A stretch of 62,000 nucleotides of DNA, taken from the NCBI RefSeq assembly GCF_000737315.1, contig NZ_JMCB01000013.1:206001-268000 (forward strand), read 5' to 3'. Both the position numbers and the translations under genes were made by a program. Each line of letters starts with the position of its first letter. Within the stretch, counting starts at the first letter, position 1. Shown piece by piece: positions 1 to 9,273 of this stretch. The notes below the pieces were generated by a model. The model had not been told where the DNA came from, ran no database searches, and was given only the letters and a program-made list of their open reading frames with translations. The DNA comes from Hyalangium minutum. GTDB taxonomy: Bacteria; Myxococcota; Myxococcia; Myxococcales; Myxococcaceae.

Positions 1-1
1 C

Positions 2-1306
2 AAGGGTGTGCCAGAGGAGATGCGAGTGAACGCCGGCCTCATCACCGGCCTGCGCGCCGCCAACTACGGCTCGGACTCGTCCGCCATCGCTCGCGTTCTC
101 ATCGGCTACGACCGGGACGTGGAGACCGACATCCTGGTGAGCGGCAGTGTGCTCTCGGTGAAGGTGCTGGACGGCTCCAGCCCTGCCGTGGCCCAGACGC
201 TCCCGGAGCCCAAGCAGCCCCTCGTGGCCGCCAATGGCCCCACGGCCGCCGAGGCCCAGGCCGCCGCCACGCAGGCCACTCAGGCGTCCCAGCAGGAGCG
301 CGCCACCCAGGAGACGGCTGCGGCGGAGGCGGCTTCGGCGGCGAAGAAGACCGACGCGGAGCTTCGCCAGCAGGAGGAGGCCGCGCGCGTGGCCTCCGCG
401 AAGAAGTCCGAGGAGGATCGCCGCGCCCAGGAACTGGCCGCCGCCGAGGAGAAGAAGCGCCAGGAAGAGCAGGTCCGCGCCGAGGCGGAGGCCCAGAAGC
501 TGGCCACCGCCGAGGAGAAGAAGCGCCAGCTAGAGCAGGCTCGCGCCGAGGTGGAGGCCAAGAAGCAGGCCGAACTCGACGAGAAGAAGCGCAAGGCGGA
601 GGAGGCCGAGGCAAAGCGTCTGGCCGCCACCGAGGAGAAGAAGCGCCAGCTAGAGCAGGCTCGCGCCGAGACGGAGGCCAAGAAGCAGGCCGAGCTCGAC
701 GAGAAGAAGCGCAAGGCGGAGGAGGCCGAGGAGCGCCGTCTGGCCGCGCTGGAGGAGAAGAAGCGCAGGTCCGAGGAGGCTCGCGCCGAGGTCGACACCC
801 GGAAGCAGCAGGAGACCGACGAGCGGAAGCGCCGTTCCGAGGAGGCCGAGGCGAAGCGCCTGGCCTCCGCCGAGGAGAGGAAGCGCCAGGAGACCGAGGG
901 TGGCAGTCGGGTGGCCAGTGCCGAGGTGCCTCGCCGGACCGAGCCTCCCGCCGCCTCGCCCGAGCCCGCCACCACGGGCCGCCGCAAGACGCTGGAGATT
1001 GTCGGCTTCCAACAGAAGACGGGTGGCTCACGTGTCTACGTGCGTACAAATGAGCCAGTGAGCTACAAAGTCTCCGAGGGACGCAACGAGATCGTCCTCA
1101 TGCTGGAGAACACGCAGATCGGCAAGGGCAACAACACCCGTGCGCTCGACACCTCGTTCTTCGATACCGCCGTGGCTCGCGTGGACCCGACCGTGGGGCC
1201 TGACCGGTCCGTCCGCGTCTCCATCAAGCTCAAGGAGCAGGTGTCCGTCCAGACGCGCCAGGAGGGCAACACCATCACCCTGGAGTTCCCGCGCCCCGAG
1301 CGCTGA
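2..1306 (+). CDS. AMIN-domain protein with long E/K/A/R-rich helical linker (5' partial)
   Basis: Frame is open from the window edge. C-terminal AMIN-like segment (LEIVGFQQKTGGSRVYVRTNEPVSY...VRVSIKLKE...ITLEF), a probable second AMIN segment at the N-terminus, and a TolA-like charged repeat between them. Confidence 0.7.
   Translation, partial: KGVPEEMRVNAGLITGLRAANYGSDSSAIARVLIGYDRDVETDILVSGSVLSVKVLDGSSPAVAQTLPEPKQPLVAANGPTAAEAQAAATQATQASQQERATQETAAAEAASAAKKTDAELRQQEEAARVASAKKSEEDRRAQELAAAEEKKRQEEQVRAEAEAQKLATAEEKKRQLEQARAEVEAKKQAELDEKKRKAEEAEAKRLAATEEKKRQLEQARAETEAKKQAELDEKKRKAEEAEERRLAALEEKKRRSEEARAEVDTRKQQETDERKRRSEEAEAKRLASAEERKRQETEGGSRVASAEVPRRTEPPAASPEPATTGRRKTLEIVGFQQKTGGSRVYVRTNEPVSYKVSEGRNEIVLMLENTQIGKGNNTRALDTSFFDTAVARVDPTVGPDRSVRVSIKLKEQVSVQTRQEGNTITLEFPRPER
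481..900 (+). repeat. Intragenic 120-bp (40-aa) tandem repeat, about 3.5 copies
   Basis: Sequence lines 481, 601, 721 and 841 align with exact 120-bp period (e.g. ...ctggcc(a/g)cc..cgaggagaagaagcgccagctagagcaggctcgcgccgag); later copies are degenerate. Confidence 0.9.
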
Positions 1307-1318
1307 GCCGAGGAGGCC

Positions 1319-3874
1319 ATGAGCCTGCTCGCCCCGGCGGCCCTCGCGCTGCTCGTCTCCGCGCAGATTCCGCTGGCCACCCAGATCCAGCTCCCCACCG
1401 GGGACACGGTCGAGGTGGCCGCGGACTACGTCGTCTACGAGCCGGACAAGCAGGTCCTCACCGCGCGCGGCCACACCGAGCTGCGCACCGCGGAGACGCT
1501 GCTGCGCGCCGAGGAAGTCACCTACGATCAGGCCAACCAGAGGGCCCGCGCCAGCGGCGGGGTGATGTTCGTGAGCGGACAGTTCGCCGCCGTGGCGGAC
1601 GAGGTGGAGGTGGACCTCAAGTCCAACGAGGCCAACGTCAAGGGCGGCCTCTTCATGCAGAAGCGCAACGTCACCTCCGAGGCCCTGCGCAGCGCGGAGA
1701 CGCCCCAGCAACTGCGGCAGATGGGCGAGACGCCCGTGCTGATCAGCGGTACGCGAATCAAACGCACGGGGCCCAACGCCTTCGCGGTGGATGATCTCGC
1801 CTTCACCCCGTGCGAGTGCGGCCCCGGTGAGCCGAGCTGGCGCGTGGAGGCCAACAACGCCAACGTGCAGATGGGCGAGCGCGCCATTCTCACCTGGCCC
1901 GTGGTCTACGTGCACTCGGTGCCGGTGTTCGCGCTGCCGTGGCTGTACCTCCCGCTGGCCGAGCGGCGCTCGGGCCTGCTGGTGCCTCGGCCCACCACCT
2001 CGAGCCTCTTCGGCTTCGGCATTGATCAGCCTGTCTTCCTCACGCTCGGGCGCAGCTACGATCTCACGCTGACGCCGGGCTACTACACGGGTGGCTCCCA
2101 GGAGGATCATGTTCTCTCCGAGGCGGTGACGCGCAAGGAGCCGCGCTACTTCGGCGTCAAAGGCCCGCGCCTGCACACCGAGTTCCGTTACGTGCCCAGC
2201 GAGCGCACCCGGGGCCGGGCCACCTTGGGCTTTCTCTATGATCTGCGGCCCCCGCGAGACCCGAACAATGGCACCTTCTACCGGGTGGACGGTGGCACCA
2301 ACGAGGCCCTCTCCGAGCATCGCGGCCTGCGCGCAGAGGCCTCCTGGCAGCACACCCAAGACATGGGCAACGGCTTCCGCAACCGGGTGGATGCCGCGTT
2401 CGTCTCGGACGGCTTCTACACGCGCGACTTCACCGCGGACATCGTCGCCCGCGAGAACCAGTACCTGCGCAGCAGTGCCGTGCTCTACCACCGGGGCGAG
2501 GAGCACTACGCGGGCGTGGATGTGTCGCTCCGCCAGGACATCCGTTGGGGCTTCTCCTTCCTGAGGGAAGACCGCGTCCCGGCTGCCACGGATCCGACGC
2601 GGCCACTCGTCCCCGGGCCGCTCACCTTTCAGCGTCTGCCCTCCATCACCGTGGCCCTTCCCGAGCGCCTCCTCGGCAAGCGCTGGGCGGCGGGGCTGCG
2701 CGTGGAGTTCTCCCGGCTCTCGCCGCTCACTCGGAGCTACGGCGACGAGGGCGAGGACGGCCTCTTCAACGCCTCGCGAGCCTATGAGGTCCTCAACGAG
2801 GATGGCACCAAGACGCCGCTGCCCGATTCCACCCAGTCGAACGGTGTGTTCGATGCCTCGGATCGCGAGGCCCGGAACCGGCTGGACTTCTTCCCACGTC
2901 TCTCCACTTCGGTGGGGTTGGGACCGTATGCGCGGCTGACACCCTCGCTGGCCCTCCGCCAGGACTTCTACCTGGGCGAGCGCTCGGGCCACGTCGCCCA
3001 GCGTGGCTACCCGCTGCTCGGGGTCGCGGTGGACTCGGAGCTGGCTCGCACCTACGAGGAGGGCTCTGCTGCATGGCGTCACACCCTCCGACCTTCCGTG
3101 GAAGTGCGTTATGTGCCAGGGGTGTGGGGAGGCGTGCCTTCACCCGGCGCTTCGCCCGATCGTCCGCCCCAGCGCTACGACGAGCTTGACGCGGCGCTTC
3201 CCGTTGGCGCGGACGGCCGCGATCGCGGCTTCCTGCACGCAGTGGTGGAGGTGAGCCAGAGCCTCCAGCGCAAGCAAGGGGACCAGCGGCGAGAGGTGCT
3301 CCGCCTGCGCCTCGGTCAGGGCTTTGATCTGTCCCGACACGCCCCTACCTTTGGAGGTGGCTCCTACGGAGAGGAGAGGGGAGTGTTGCGCGATACCTAT
3401 GCGCGGGTGAATGCCAGTGCAGGTGTGCTCAACGCGGGCGCGCTGGTTCGCTTCGATCCCATTTCCGAACAGATCTCCCAGCTCAGCGCGGATGCCTCCA
3501 TCGACAACGGGAAGGGCGAAGCGCTCTACGCGCGTTATGACGATCTGCTGGCGGTGGGTTCGGATCGACTCCGGCGAGGGATCGACGCCTTGGTTGGCCC
3601 CGCAGCGGAGAGTCGAGCCCGTGCTCAGCTGCTCGTCGCGGGTTCGCGTTTGTCGCTCGGAATTGGACTCGGTCTGCGATACGAAGCCATCGTGCAGCCA
3701 CTTGCGAAGACGCAGTCTCCGCTCGCCCAGCAGGTGCTGGGCGTATCGTATGGTCCCGCTTGTGATTGCTGGCGTATCGAGGGAGTGGCCACGCTGAGGC
3801 GGGGCCAGAAGCGTCCAGACTTTGGTGTGAACTTGAGTGTGGCCGGTGTTGGCGCGTTCGGGTCAGGAAGTTGA
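1319..3874 (+). CDS. lptD: LPS-assembly outer-membrane protein LptD
   Basis: Signal peptide; OstA-like jellyroll N-terminus (LRAEEVTYDQ, FTPCEC..PSWRVEA); LLVPRP motif; long beta-barrel; C-terminal Cys (CDCWRI); 851 aa. Confidence 0.88.
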   Translation: MSLLAPAALALLVSAQIPLATQIQLPTGDTVEVAADYVVYEPDKQVLTARGHTELRTAETLLRAEEVTYDQANQRARASGGVMFVSGQFAAVADEVEVDLKSNEANVKGGLFMQKRNVTSEALRSAETPQQLRQMGETPVLISGTRIKRTGPNAFAVDDLAFTPCECGPGEPSWRVEANNANVQMGERAILTWPVVYVHSVPVFALPWLYLPLAERRSGLLVPRPTTSSLFGFGIDQPVFLTLGRSYDLTLTPGYYTGGSQEDHVLSEAVTRKEPRYFGVKGPRLHTEFRYVPSERTRGRATLGFLYDLRPPRDPNNGTFYRVDGGTNEALSEHRGLRAEASWQHTQDMGNGFRNRVDAAFVSDGFYTRDFTADIVARENQYLRSSAVLYHRGEEHYAGVDVSLRQDIRWGFSFLREDRVPAATDPTRPLVPGPLTFQRLPSITVALPERLLGKRWAAGLRVEFSRLSPLTRSYGDEGEDGLFNASRAYEVLNEDGTKTPLPDSTQSNGVFDASDREARNRLDFFPRLSTSVGLGPYARLTPSLALRQDFYLGERSGHVAQRGYPLLGVAVDSELARTYEEGSAAWRHTLRPSVEVRYVPGVWGGVPSPGASPDRPPQRYDELDAALPVGADGRDRGFLHAVVEVSQSLQRKQGDQRREVLRLRLGQGFDLSRHAPTFGGGSYGEERGVLRDTYARVNASAGVLNAGALVRFDPISEQISQLSADASIDNGKGEALYARYDDLLAVGSDRLRRGIDALVGPAAESRARAQLLVAGSRLSLGIGLGLRYEAIVQPLAKTQSPLAQQVLGVSYGPACDCWRIEGVATLRRGQKRPDFGVNLSVAGVGAFGSGS

Positions 3875-3905
3875 CGGACAGAGGAATCCACGGATGCGCC
3901 CAGTG

Positions 3906-3924
3906 GTTGTCTCAAACCTACAAC
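3906..3924. promoter_or_regulatory. Palindrome GTTGT-N9-ACAAC upstream of XRE gene (possible operator)
   Basis: 5-bp inverted repeat in an AT-richer intergenic stretch, just before the AGGAGG RBS at 3931. Confidence 0.3.
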
Positions 3925-3947
3925 ATTCCCAGGAGGGAAAAATCTTC

Positions 3948-4298
3948 GTGTCGGAACTCGGAAAACGTATCGGCCAACGCATCCGCGAGCTTCGCACGCA
4001 GCGGCCTGAGCGTTGGACCCAAGAGGAACTCGCGGAGCGGGCTCAGATCAGCGTGTCCTTTCTGTCGATGATTGAGCGGGGAGAGCGAGTCGCCCATGTG
4101 GAGACACTCGCCGCGCTCGCCAGCGCCCTGGGCGTCAGCCTCGGGGAGCTCTTTGCCGGGACGGAGCAGTCTCTCGCTCAGACCGAGGACCTGCTTCGGC
4201 CGCTGTCGGACTTCGCTCGCGCGCGGGGCCTCACTGCCCGTGATGTCGATCGCCTGCTGGGCGTGGCGCGGGTGATGTTCAACGGTTCGACCGCCTAA
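3948..4298 (+). CDS. XRE/Cro-C1 helix-turn-helix transcriptional regulator
   Basis: IGQRIRELR...WTQEELAERAQISVSFLSMIERGER HTH_3 motif; GTG start with AGGAGG RBS. Confidence 0.9.
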   Translation: MSELGKRIGQRIRELRTQRPERWTQEELAERAQISVSFLSMIERGERVAHVETLAALASALGVSLGELFAGTEQSLAQTEDLLRPLSDFARARGLTARDVDRLLGVARVMFNGSTA

Positions 4299-4299
4299 C

Positions 4300-4341
4300 C
4301 ACGGTGCCGCGGCCCGTTCGCGAGGGGTCCGCGGCACCGTG
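4300..4341. terminator. GC-rich hairpin, probable terminator
   Basis: Perfect 13-bp stem cacggtgccgcgg / ccgcggcaccgtg directly after the stop codon; no clear U-tract. Confidence 0.6.
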
Positions 4342-4408
4342 TCCAGTTCTTGACTCAATGCAGGGCGGCCCTGGAAGATAAGTCCTCACTTCCAAGGAGT
4401 TACCGCAG

Positions 4409-5956
4409 ATGCGTTTGGGTCTCGCCTCATGCGTGGTGCTCGCCAGTGCCTTGCTGGTGGCCTGCGAGCCGCCGCCCCCAGCCACGCTGGAGTTCGTCGA
4501 TCAATCTCCGGCCAGTCCCCGGCTGGGAGAGATCACGACCCTGCGGTTCCGGGCTATCGACAGCCGCGGCAATCCGCAGGCAGGTACCACCGTCACATTC
4601 AAGCTGCAGTCGGAGGTCCCGGGGGTCACGCTCAATCCCACCGAGGGCTCGACGAACGTGGGGGACGGCATCGTCTCCACGCAGCTGGTGGCCAATGGCC
4701 GCGTGGCCTCGGTGGTGGTGATCGCCACCGCGGGCGACAAGACGGCGGTCAGCCCGGCGGTGGCCTTCGCGGGCGCGGGCGCCAACGGCAAGCAGTTCAC
4801 CTTCCAGTGCGGCGAGATCGCCGGTACCGCCTCGGGCGGTATTCACGGCATCGGCGCCTATGATGAGACGCGCTACCTGATTGCGGGCGTGAAGCTGCGC
4901 TGCACGGCCCACGTGGCGGACCGCAACGGTGACGGCATCGCGGGCGCCCAGGTGTCCTTCATCACCGAGGCGGGCACGCTCGGGCCGTCGTCCAGCTCGG
5001 TGTCGGACGTGGTGGGCAACGCGGAGGTTCTCTACAAGACGTCCTACCCGCTGCCGGTGGAGACGGATCCAGGCACCTTCACCTGGAACCCGCCCAATGA
5101 CGCCACCCACACGGGCGACTACATCGCCCCCTTGTGGATGCACCCGTTCTATTGGACGGCCAACCCCATCCGCGACTACGGCTCGCTGATCAACCCCATG
5201 GAGCCGCGTCCGGAGCCGTTCCGCGACGATCCCATCCGCCCCAACCGGCGCAACAACCCGCGCGACAACCTGGTGGCCATGATCGCCATCACCACGGGCG
5301 AAGAGGGGTACGACGACAAGAACAACAACGGCCAGTTCGACGAGGGCGAGTTCGACCCGAAGTTCGACCTGACGGAGCCCTTCGTCGACAACAACGACGA
5401 CGGCACCTGGCAGGACACCGAGCGCTTCGTCGACACCAACGGCAACGGCAAGTGGGACGGCAAGAACGGCAAGTACGACGCCTCCACCCTCATCTGGGTG
5501 CAGGAGCGCATCCTCTGGACGGGCTGGCCGCACCCGCTGGATCGCGACGAGACGGCGCTCAACCGCTCGCCCATCGTCCGCCAGCTCAAGCCGCCCGTGG
5601 GCACCACCCTCATCCTGGAGCACTTCACGCATGAGGAGGCCGTCTTCCTGCTGACCGATCCCTGGTTCAACCGCGTGGCCCAGAACGAGGACGGCGATGG
5701 CTGCTCCGGCGGCGCCATTGGCCCTGTGACGGTAGACAGCCTCACCCAGGGCATCGCCTTCACCTACCCGTCCTTCTCCATCGAGCGCTTCGTCCTGCGC
5801 GACCAGCATGATCCGGCCTCCGTCCCACCGACGCCGGCCTACGCGGCTCCGGGCATCAAGTTCGAGGTGGCCGCTGGCTGCAAGTACACGGCGTCCCCGG
5901 AGGACGGGCACGTGGTGCTCCTCAGCTCGCCGACGATTACGGGCCGGGTGTTCTAG
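4409..5956 (+). CDS. Lipoprotein with Ig-like (Big_1-type) domains and DxNxNG Ca-binding repeats
   Basis: Lipobox LLVAC; invasin-like Ig strands (FRAIDSRGNPQAGTTVTF; VADRNGDGIAGAQVSF); DDKNNNGQFD, DNNDDG and DTNGNGKWD motifs. Confidence 0.7.
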   Translation: MRLGLASCVVLASALLVACEPPPPATLEFVDQSPASPRLGEITTLRFRAIDSRGNPQAGTTVTFKLQSEVPGVTLNPTEGSTNVGDGIVSTQLVANGRVASVVVIATAGDKTAVSPAVAFAGAGANGKQFTFQCGEIAGTASGGIHGIGAYDETRYLIAGVKLRCTAHVADRNGDGIAGAQVSFITEAGTLGPSSSSVSDVVGNAEVLYKTSYPLPVETDPGTFTWNPPNDATHTGDYIAPLWMHPFYWTANPIRDYGSLINPMEPRPEPFRDDPIRPNRRNNPRDNLVAMIAITTGEEGYDDKNNNGQFDEGEFDPKFDLTEPFVDNNDDGTWQDTERFVDTNGNGKWDGKNGKYDASTLIWVQERILWTGWPHPLDRDETALNRSPIVRQLKPPVGTTLILEHFTHEEAVFLLTDPWFNRVAQNEDGDGCSGGAIGPVTVDSLTQGIAFTYPSFSIERFVLRDQHDPASVPPTPAYAAPGIKFEVAAGCKYTASPEDGHVVLLSSPTITGRVF

Positions 5957-5972
5957 CCCGGTACGAAGGGCA

Positions 5973-6001
5973 TTGACCGGCGGCCCCGCCGTCCGTAGGG
6001 T
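5973..6001 (+). promoter_or_regulatory. sigma70-type promoter TTGACC-N17-TAGGGT
   Basis: Canonical spacing, 25 nt upstream of the TetR TTG start. Confidence 0.6.
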
Positions 6002-6026
6002 CCTCTGCGGCTGATTTCCAAGTCAA

Positions 6027-6752
6027 TTGGCCGCGGAGGACGAGTTGAGCCAGCAGAGCCAGAAGGCGGCCGACGGAGGGACGCGCGAGAGCGAGCGCCG
6101 GCACACCATCCTCCGCGCCGCCATTGAAGTGTTCGCCAGCAAGGGCTACCACGGGTGCCGCATCGCGGACGTGGCCAAAGAGGCGGGCGTGGCCTACGGG
6201 CTCGTCTACCACTACTTCAAGAACAAGGATGAGCTGCTGGAGACCGTCTTCGAGGCGGGCTGGCGCGGCTTCTTCACGCGCGTGAGCGCGGTGGTTCAGG
6301 GCGAGGGCACGCTCGAGCAGAAGGTGCACCGGATCGCGGACGTGGCCATCGAGGCGTACCGGGTGGATCCGCGCACGGTGAAGGTGCTCATCCTCGAGAT
6401 CGCACGCAGCCCCGGGGGGCGGGTGAACCGGCAGACGGCCTTCGCGGAGGCCCTCCAACTGTGCACGCAGATGCTGATGCAGGCCCAAGAGGCCGGCGAG
6501 CTGCGGCCGGACGTGGATCTGCAGCTGGCCGCGGCCCTCTTCTTCGGCAACATCGAGATGGCGTTCACCGCCCTGTTGATGGGGAGGGTGGATCCCAAGG
6601 ATGTGGAGAAGCTGGAGCGGGCCAAGCGGCAGCTGGGAGATTTCTTCCTTCACGGCGTCCATGCTCGAGACGCTTCGTCGTCCTCGGAGGTCTCATGGAA
6701 GAAGGAGCAGGAGAAGTCCGCTACGCGGTCCAAGGCGCCCAAGCGCTCATAA
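6027..6752 (+). CDS. TetR/AcrR family regulator
   Basis: ILRAAIEVFASKGYHGCRIADVAKEAGVAYGLVYHYFKNKDELL is a TetR HTH. Confidence 0.92.
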   Translation: MAAEDELSQQSQKAADGGTRESERRHTILRAAIEVFASKGYHGCRIADVAKEAGVAYGLVYHYFKNKDELLETVFEAGWRGFFTRVSAVVQGEGTLEQKVHRIADVAIEAYRVDPRTVKVLILEIARSPGGRVNRQTAFAEALQLCTQMLMQAQEAGELRPDVDLQLAAALFFGNIEMAFTALLMGRVDPKDVEKLERAKRQLGDFFLHGVHARDASSSSEVSWKKEQEKSATRSKAPKRS

Positions 6753-7480
6753 CCATCGACCGGCCGCGGGCGCGCAACGCCCTGTCACCGGCGGTGGTGC
6801 AGGGGCTGATGGAGGCCATTGCCCGGGCGGAAGCGGACGCGCAGGTGCGCGTGCTGGTGTTCACCGGCGCGGGGGAGAAGGTGTTCTGCGCGGGAGGCGA
6901 TCTCGGGCAGATGGGGGACGGCGGCTTCCTGTCCATGCACGACGGACGGCGTGCGTACGCCACGCTGCTCTCGAGGCTTCAGGGCTGTCGCAAGCCCACG
7001 GTGGCGCGGGTGAATGGGCACGCGCTGGCGGGCGGGCTCGGGTTGGTGCTGGCGTGTGACTTGGCCGTGGCCGTGGAGGGCGCGGAGTTCGGCACCCCAG
7101 AGATCGACGTGGGGCTCTTCCCCATGATGATGATGGCGCTGCTGCAGCGGCACGTGGGCCGCAAGCGGGCGCTGGAGCTGGTGATGACGGGGGATCGGCT
7201 GCCGGCGCGCGAGGCGCTGGTGCTGGGGCTGATCAATCGGGCAGTGCCTGCGGCGGAGCTGGACGCGTCCGTGGGAGCGCTGGCGGGCAAGCTGGCGGGC
7301 AAGAGTCAGGCGGTGATGGCGCTGGGCAAGCGGGCCTTCTTCACGGCGGAGGATCTGCCGCTGCCTGCGGCGCTGGAGTTCCTGGCGTCCCAGCTCTCGC
7401 TGAACGTGCTGGCTGAGGACGCGGGAGAGGGCGTGTCCGCGTTCCTGGAGAAGCGCCCCCCGAAGTGGAACGACCGCTGA
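6695..7480 (+). CDS. Enoyl-CoA hydratase/isomerase (crotonase) family protein
   Basis: ITIDRPRARNAL, FCAGGDL, VNGHALAGGLGL, FGTPEIDVGLFP. Start placed at ATG 6695 (GGAGG RBS); overlaps the TetR 3' end by 58 nt. Confidence 0.9.
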   Translation: MEEGAGEVRYAVQGAQALITIDRPRARNALSPAVVQGLMEAIARAEADAQVRVLVFTGAGEKVFCAGGDLGQMGDGGFLSMHDGRRAYATLLSRLQGCRKPTVARVNGHALAGGLGLVLACDLAVAVEGAEFGTPEIDVGLFPMMMMALLQRHVGRKRALELVMTGDRLPAREALVLGLINRAVPAAELDASVGALAGKLAGKSQAVMALGKRAFFTAEDLPLPAALEFLASQLSLNVLAEDAGEGVSAFLEKRPPKWNDR

Positions 7481-7525
7481 GAGCGCCTGGCCTCCGTGGC
7501 CGAGGCGCGGCCGGAGGTGCTCAGC

Positions 7526-8509
7526 TCAGGGCGTCGCGGTGACGGTGGCGGTGCCTTCGTTCTGGCTGGGAGCCGGGGAGGGTAGAGCGGCGGGAGTCTC
7601 GGTGGTGGCCACGCGAGGCTCCGGCTTGCCGAAGAAGTCCAGCTTCAGCAGGGACAGGCCATCCACCCAGAGCCCGTCCAACTTCACGCCCCAGTGGAGG
7701 TGGGGACCGGTGACGCGGCCCGTCTTCCCCACGAGGCCCAGCTTCTGGCCCTGCTGCACCTTCGCGCCCGTCTTCACGTCCATGCGGGACATGTGGAAGT
7801 ACGTCGTGTACAGGCCCGCGCCATGGTGGACGATGACGGTGCCGCCCGAGCTGTAGCAATCACGGACCATCACCACCGTGCCCTCGTTGGCGGCGAAGAT
7901 GGAGTCGCCGGTGTTCCCGTCGATGTCCACGCCGAAGTGCTGGCTCTGGAGCTTGCCGTTGAACGAGCGCCGATCGCCGTATGGCGCGGTGATGCGATCC
8001 TGGCGGGGCCAGGCGAAATTCTCAGTGAAAAGCGGCGAGGCGAATGGCTGGGCGAACGCGGCAGCGAAGGCGGCGCGATCCTCGGCCATGCGGGCCTTCA
8101 CGGACGCGGGCGGCTTGACGTACTTGCCAGCGACCTTGAGCTGCCGCTCGGGGTAGCCAGGCTCCACCACGTCCAGCGTGCCCGCGAGCTCCAGCGCCTT
8201 GCCCTGCGCGGGGCGGGGGGCCGTCACCTTCACCGCGACGGTGCCCAGGGACTGCTCCACCGGGAGCCCCGAGAGCGCGAGCCACGCGCCCGAGGTCTCG
8301 AAGAACTGCAGGGGCCTTCCGGCCAGCGTGCCCGAGGGCATGCCCTCCACGCCCCGCACGGCGACGAGAACCGGGTCGCCCGGCTTGGCCGTTCCCGGCT
8401 GCACGGAGAGGCTTGGCTGAGCCTGGGCTCCGAAGGCCACCAGGCCCAGGGCGAGCAGGGCGAAGGGGAGCGAGGCGGAGAGGCGGGGAAGGGAGGGCGC
8501 GAGCGGCAT
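7526..8509 (-). CDS. M23 family metallo-endopeptidase (peptidoglycan hydrolase-like)
   Basis: Signal peptide; HFGVD (HxxxD), YFHMS and TGPHLH (HxH) motifs. Confidence 0.9.
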   Translation of the reverse strand: MPLAPSLPRLSASLPFALLALGLVAFGAQAQPSLSVQPGTAKPGDPVLVAVRGVEGMPSGTLAGRPLQFFETSGAWLALSGLPVEQSLGTVAVKVTAPRPAQGKALELAGTLDVVEPGYPERQLKVAGKYVKPPASVKARMAEDRAAFAAAFAQPFASPLFTENFAWPRQDRITAPYGDRRSFNGKLQSQHFGVDIDGNTGDSIFAANEGTVVMVRDCYSSGGTVIVHHGAGLYTTYFHMSRMDVKTGAKVQQGQKLGLVGKTGRVTGPHLHWGVKLDGLWVDGLSLLKLDFFGKPEPRVATTETPAALPSPAPSQNEGTATVTATP

Positions 8510-8771
8510 GAGGGCCGCAGTTGTACCACCGGGGCGCCCTGTGCACCGATGCCCCGTTTGCAAGGCTCGCTCGGACGGCTGCTCTTCGTGCCTGTCAGGC
8601 CTCGGAGCCGAGGGGGCATCGCCCGCTGGTCAACATCCAAAACGAGAGATGGGCCCCGCTGGTCAAGGAGCGAACGTCCGGGCGGCGCGAGCGCTGGCGC
8701 AGGTGTACCAAGGGCGGAAAGGGCTCCCTACTTTCTCTGACGAACTGACTTGCCATCGAGGGGGATGTTGG

Positions 8772-9260
8772 ATGCCGCGTTCTTATAGCTTCGACCATTT
8801 CCAGGTGCCCGCAGCCGAGCCCCGCAGCCGGAGCTTGCGGCGCCAGGACAAGCAGCACTTGGCCGAATCACACCATGCCGTGCCTGCGCAGGACGGGGGG
8901 ATCCACTACGGCAGGAGCCACGCGCAGACGGAGGAGATCCTCAAGGCGCGCGCCCTGGCTCCGCCGCGCCGCGAGAGCGCTGGGGCGAAGGCCCGCGCGG
9001 CGCAGGCCACGCCGAGCCCGGAGCGGCTCCAGGCCACGCCGCGGATCAACCGCAACACCACGCCCATTGGCGCGCTGCCGGCCACCGAGGAGCTGCCGCC
9101 GCGCGGGCGCTTCCAGGATCTGATGGACGAAGCGACGCGCCAGTTCGAGGCCATCCAGGGAGGTATTGGCGACGTGAGCAAGGCGGCGGTGCGGCTGGCC
9201 TCGCTGCCGCTCGAGGTGGTGCGGCTGGCGGCGCGACGCCTGCGTCTGGTTCACGGCTGA
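8772..9260 (+). CDS. Hypothetical protein
   Basis: Coding-like GC3 bias from ATG 8772 (GAGGGG upstream); ends 13 nt before the EEP gene. Confidence 0.6.
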   Translation: MPRSYSFDHFQVPAAEPRSRSLRRQDKQHLAESHHAVPAQDGGIHYGRSHAQTEEILKARALAPPRRESAGAKARAAQATPSPERLQATPRINRNTTPIGALPATEELPPRGRFQDLMDEATRQFEAIQGGIGDVSKAAVRLASLPLEVVRLAARRLRLVHG

Positions 9261-9273
9261 GGGTTCGGGCGCC

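Noticed and set aside
481-900. Regular repeats as a possible CRISPR array
   Set aside because: In-frame 120-bp coding repeat with no unique spacers and no cas genes.
1028-3082. 684-aa minus-strand ORF and similar long antisense ORFs (4427-5911, 18133-20121, 22351-24012, 31173-32978, 40180-42132, 43519-46425, 58314-60197)
   Set aside because: Shadow frames of well-supported genes, expected from strong GC3 bias; no recognisable motifs.
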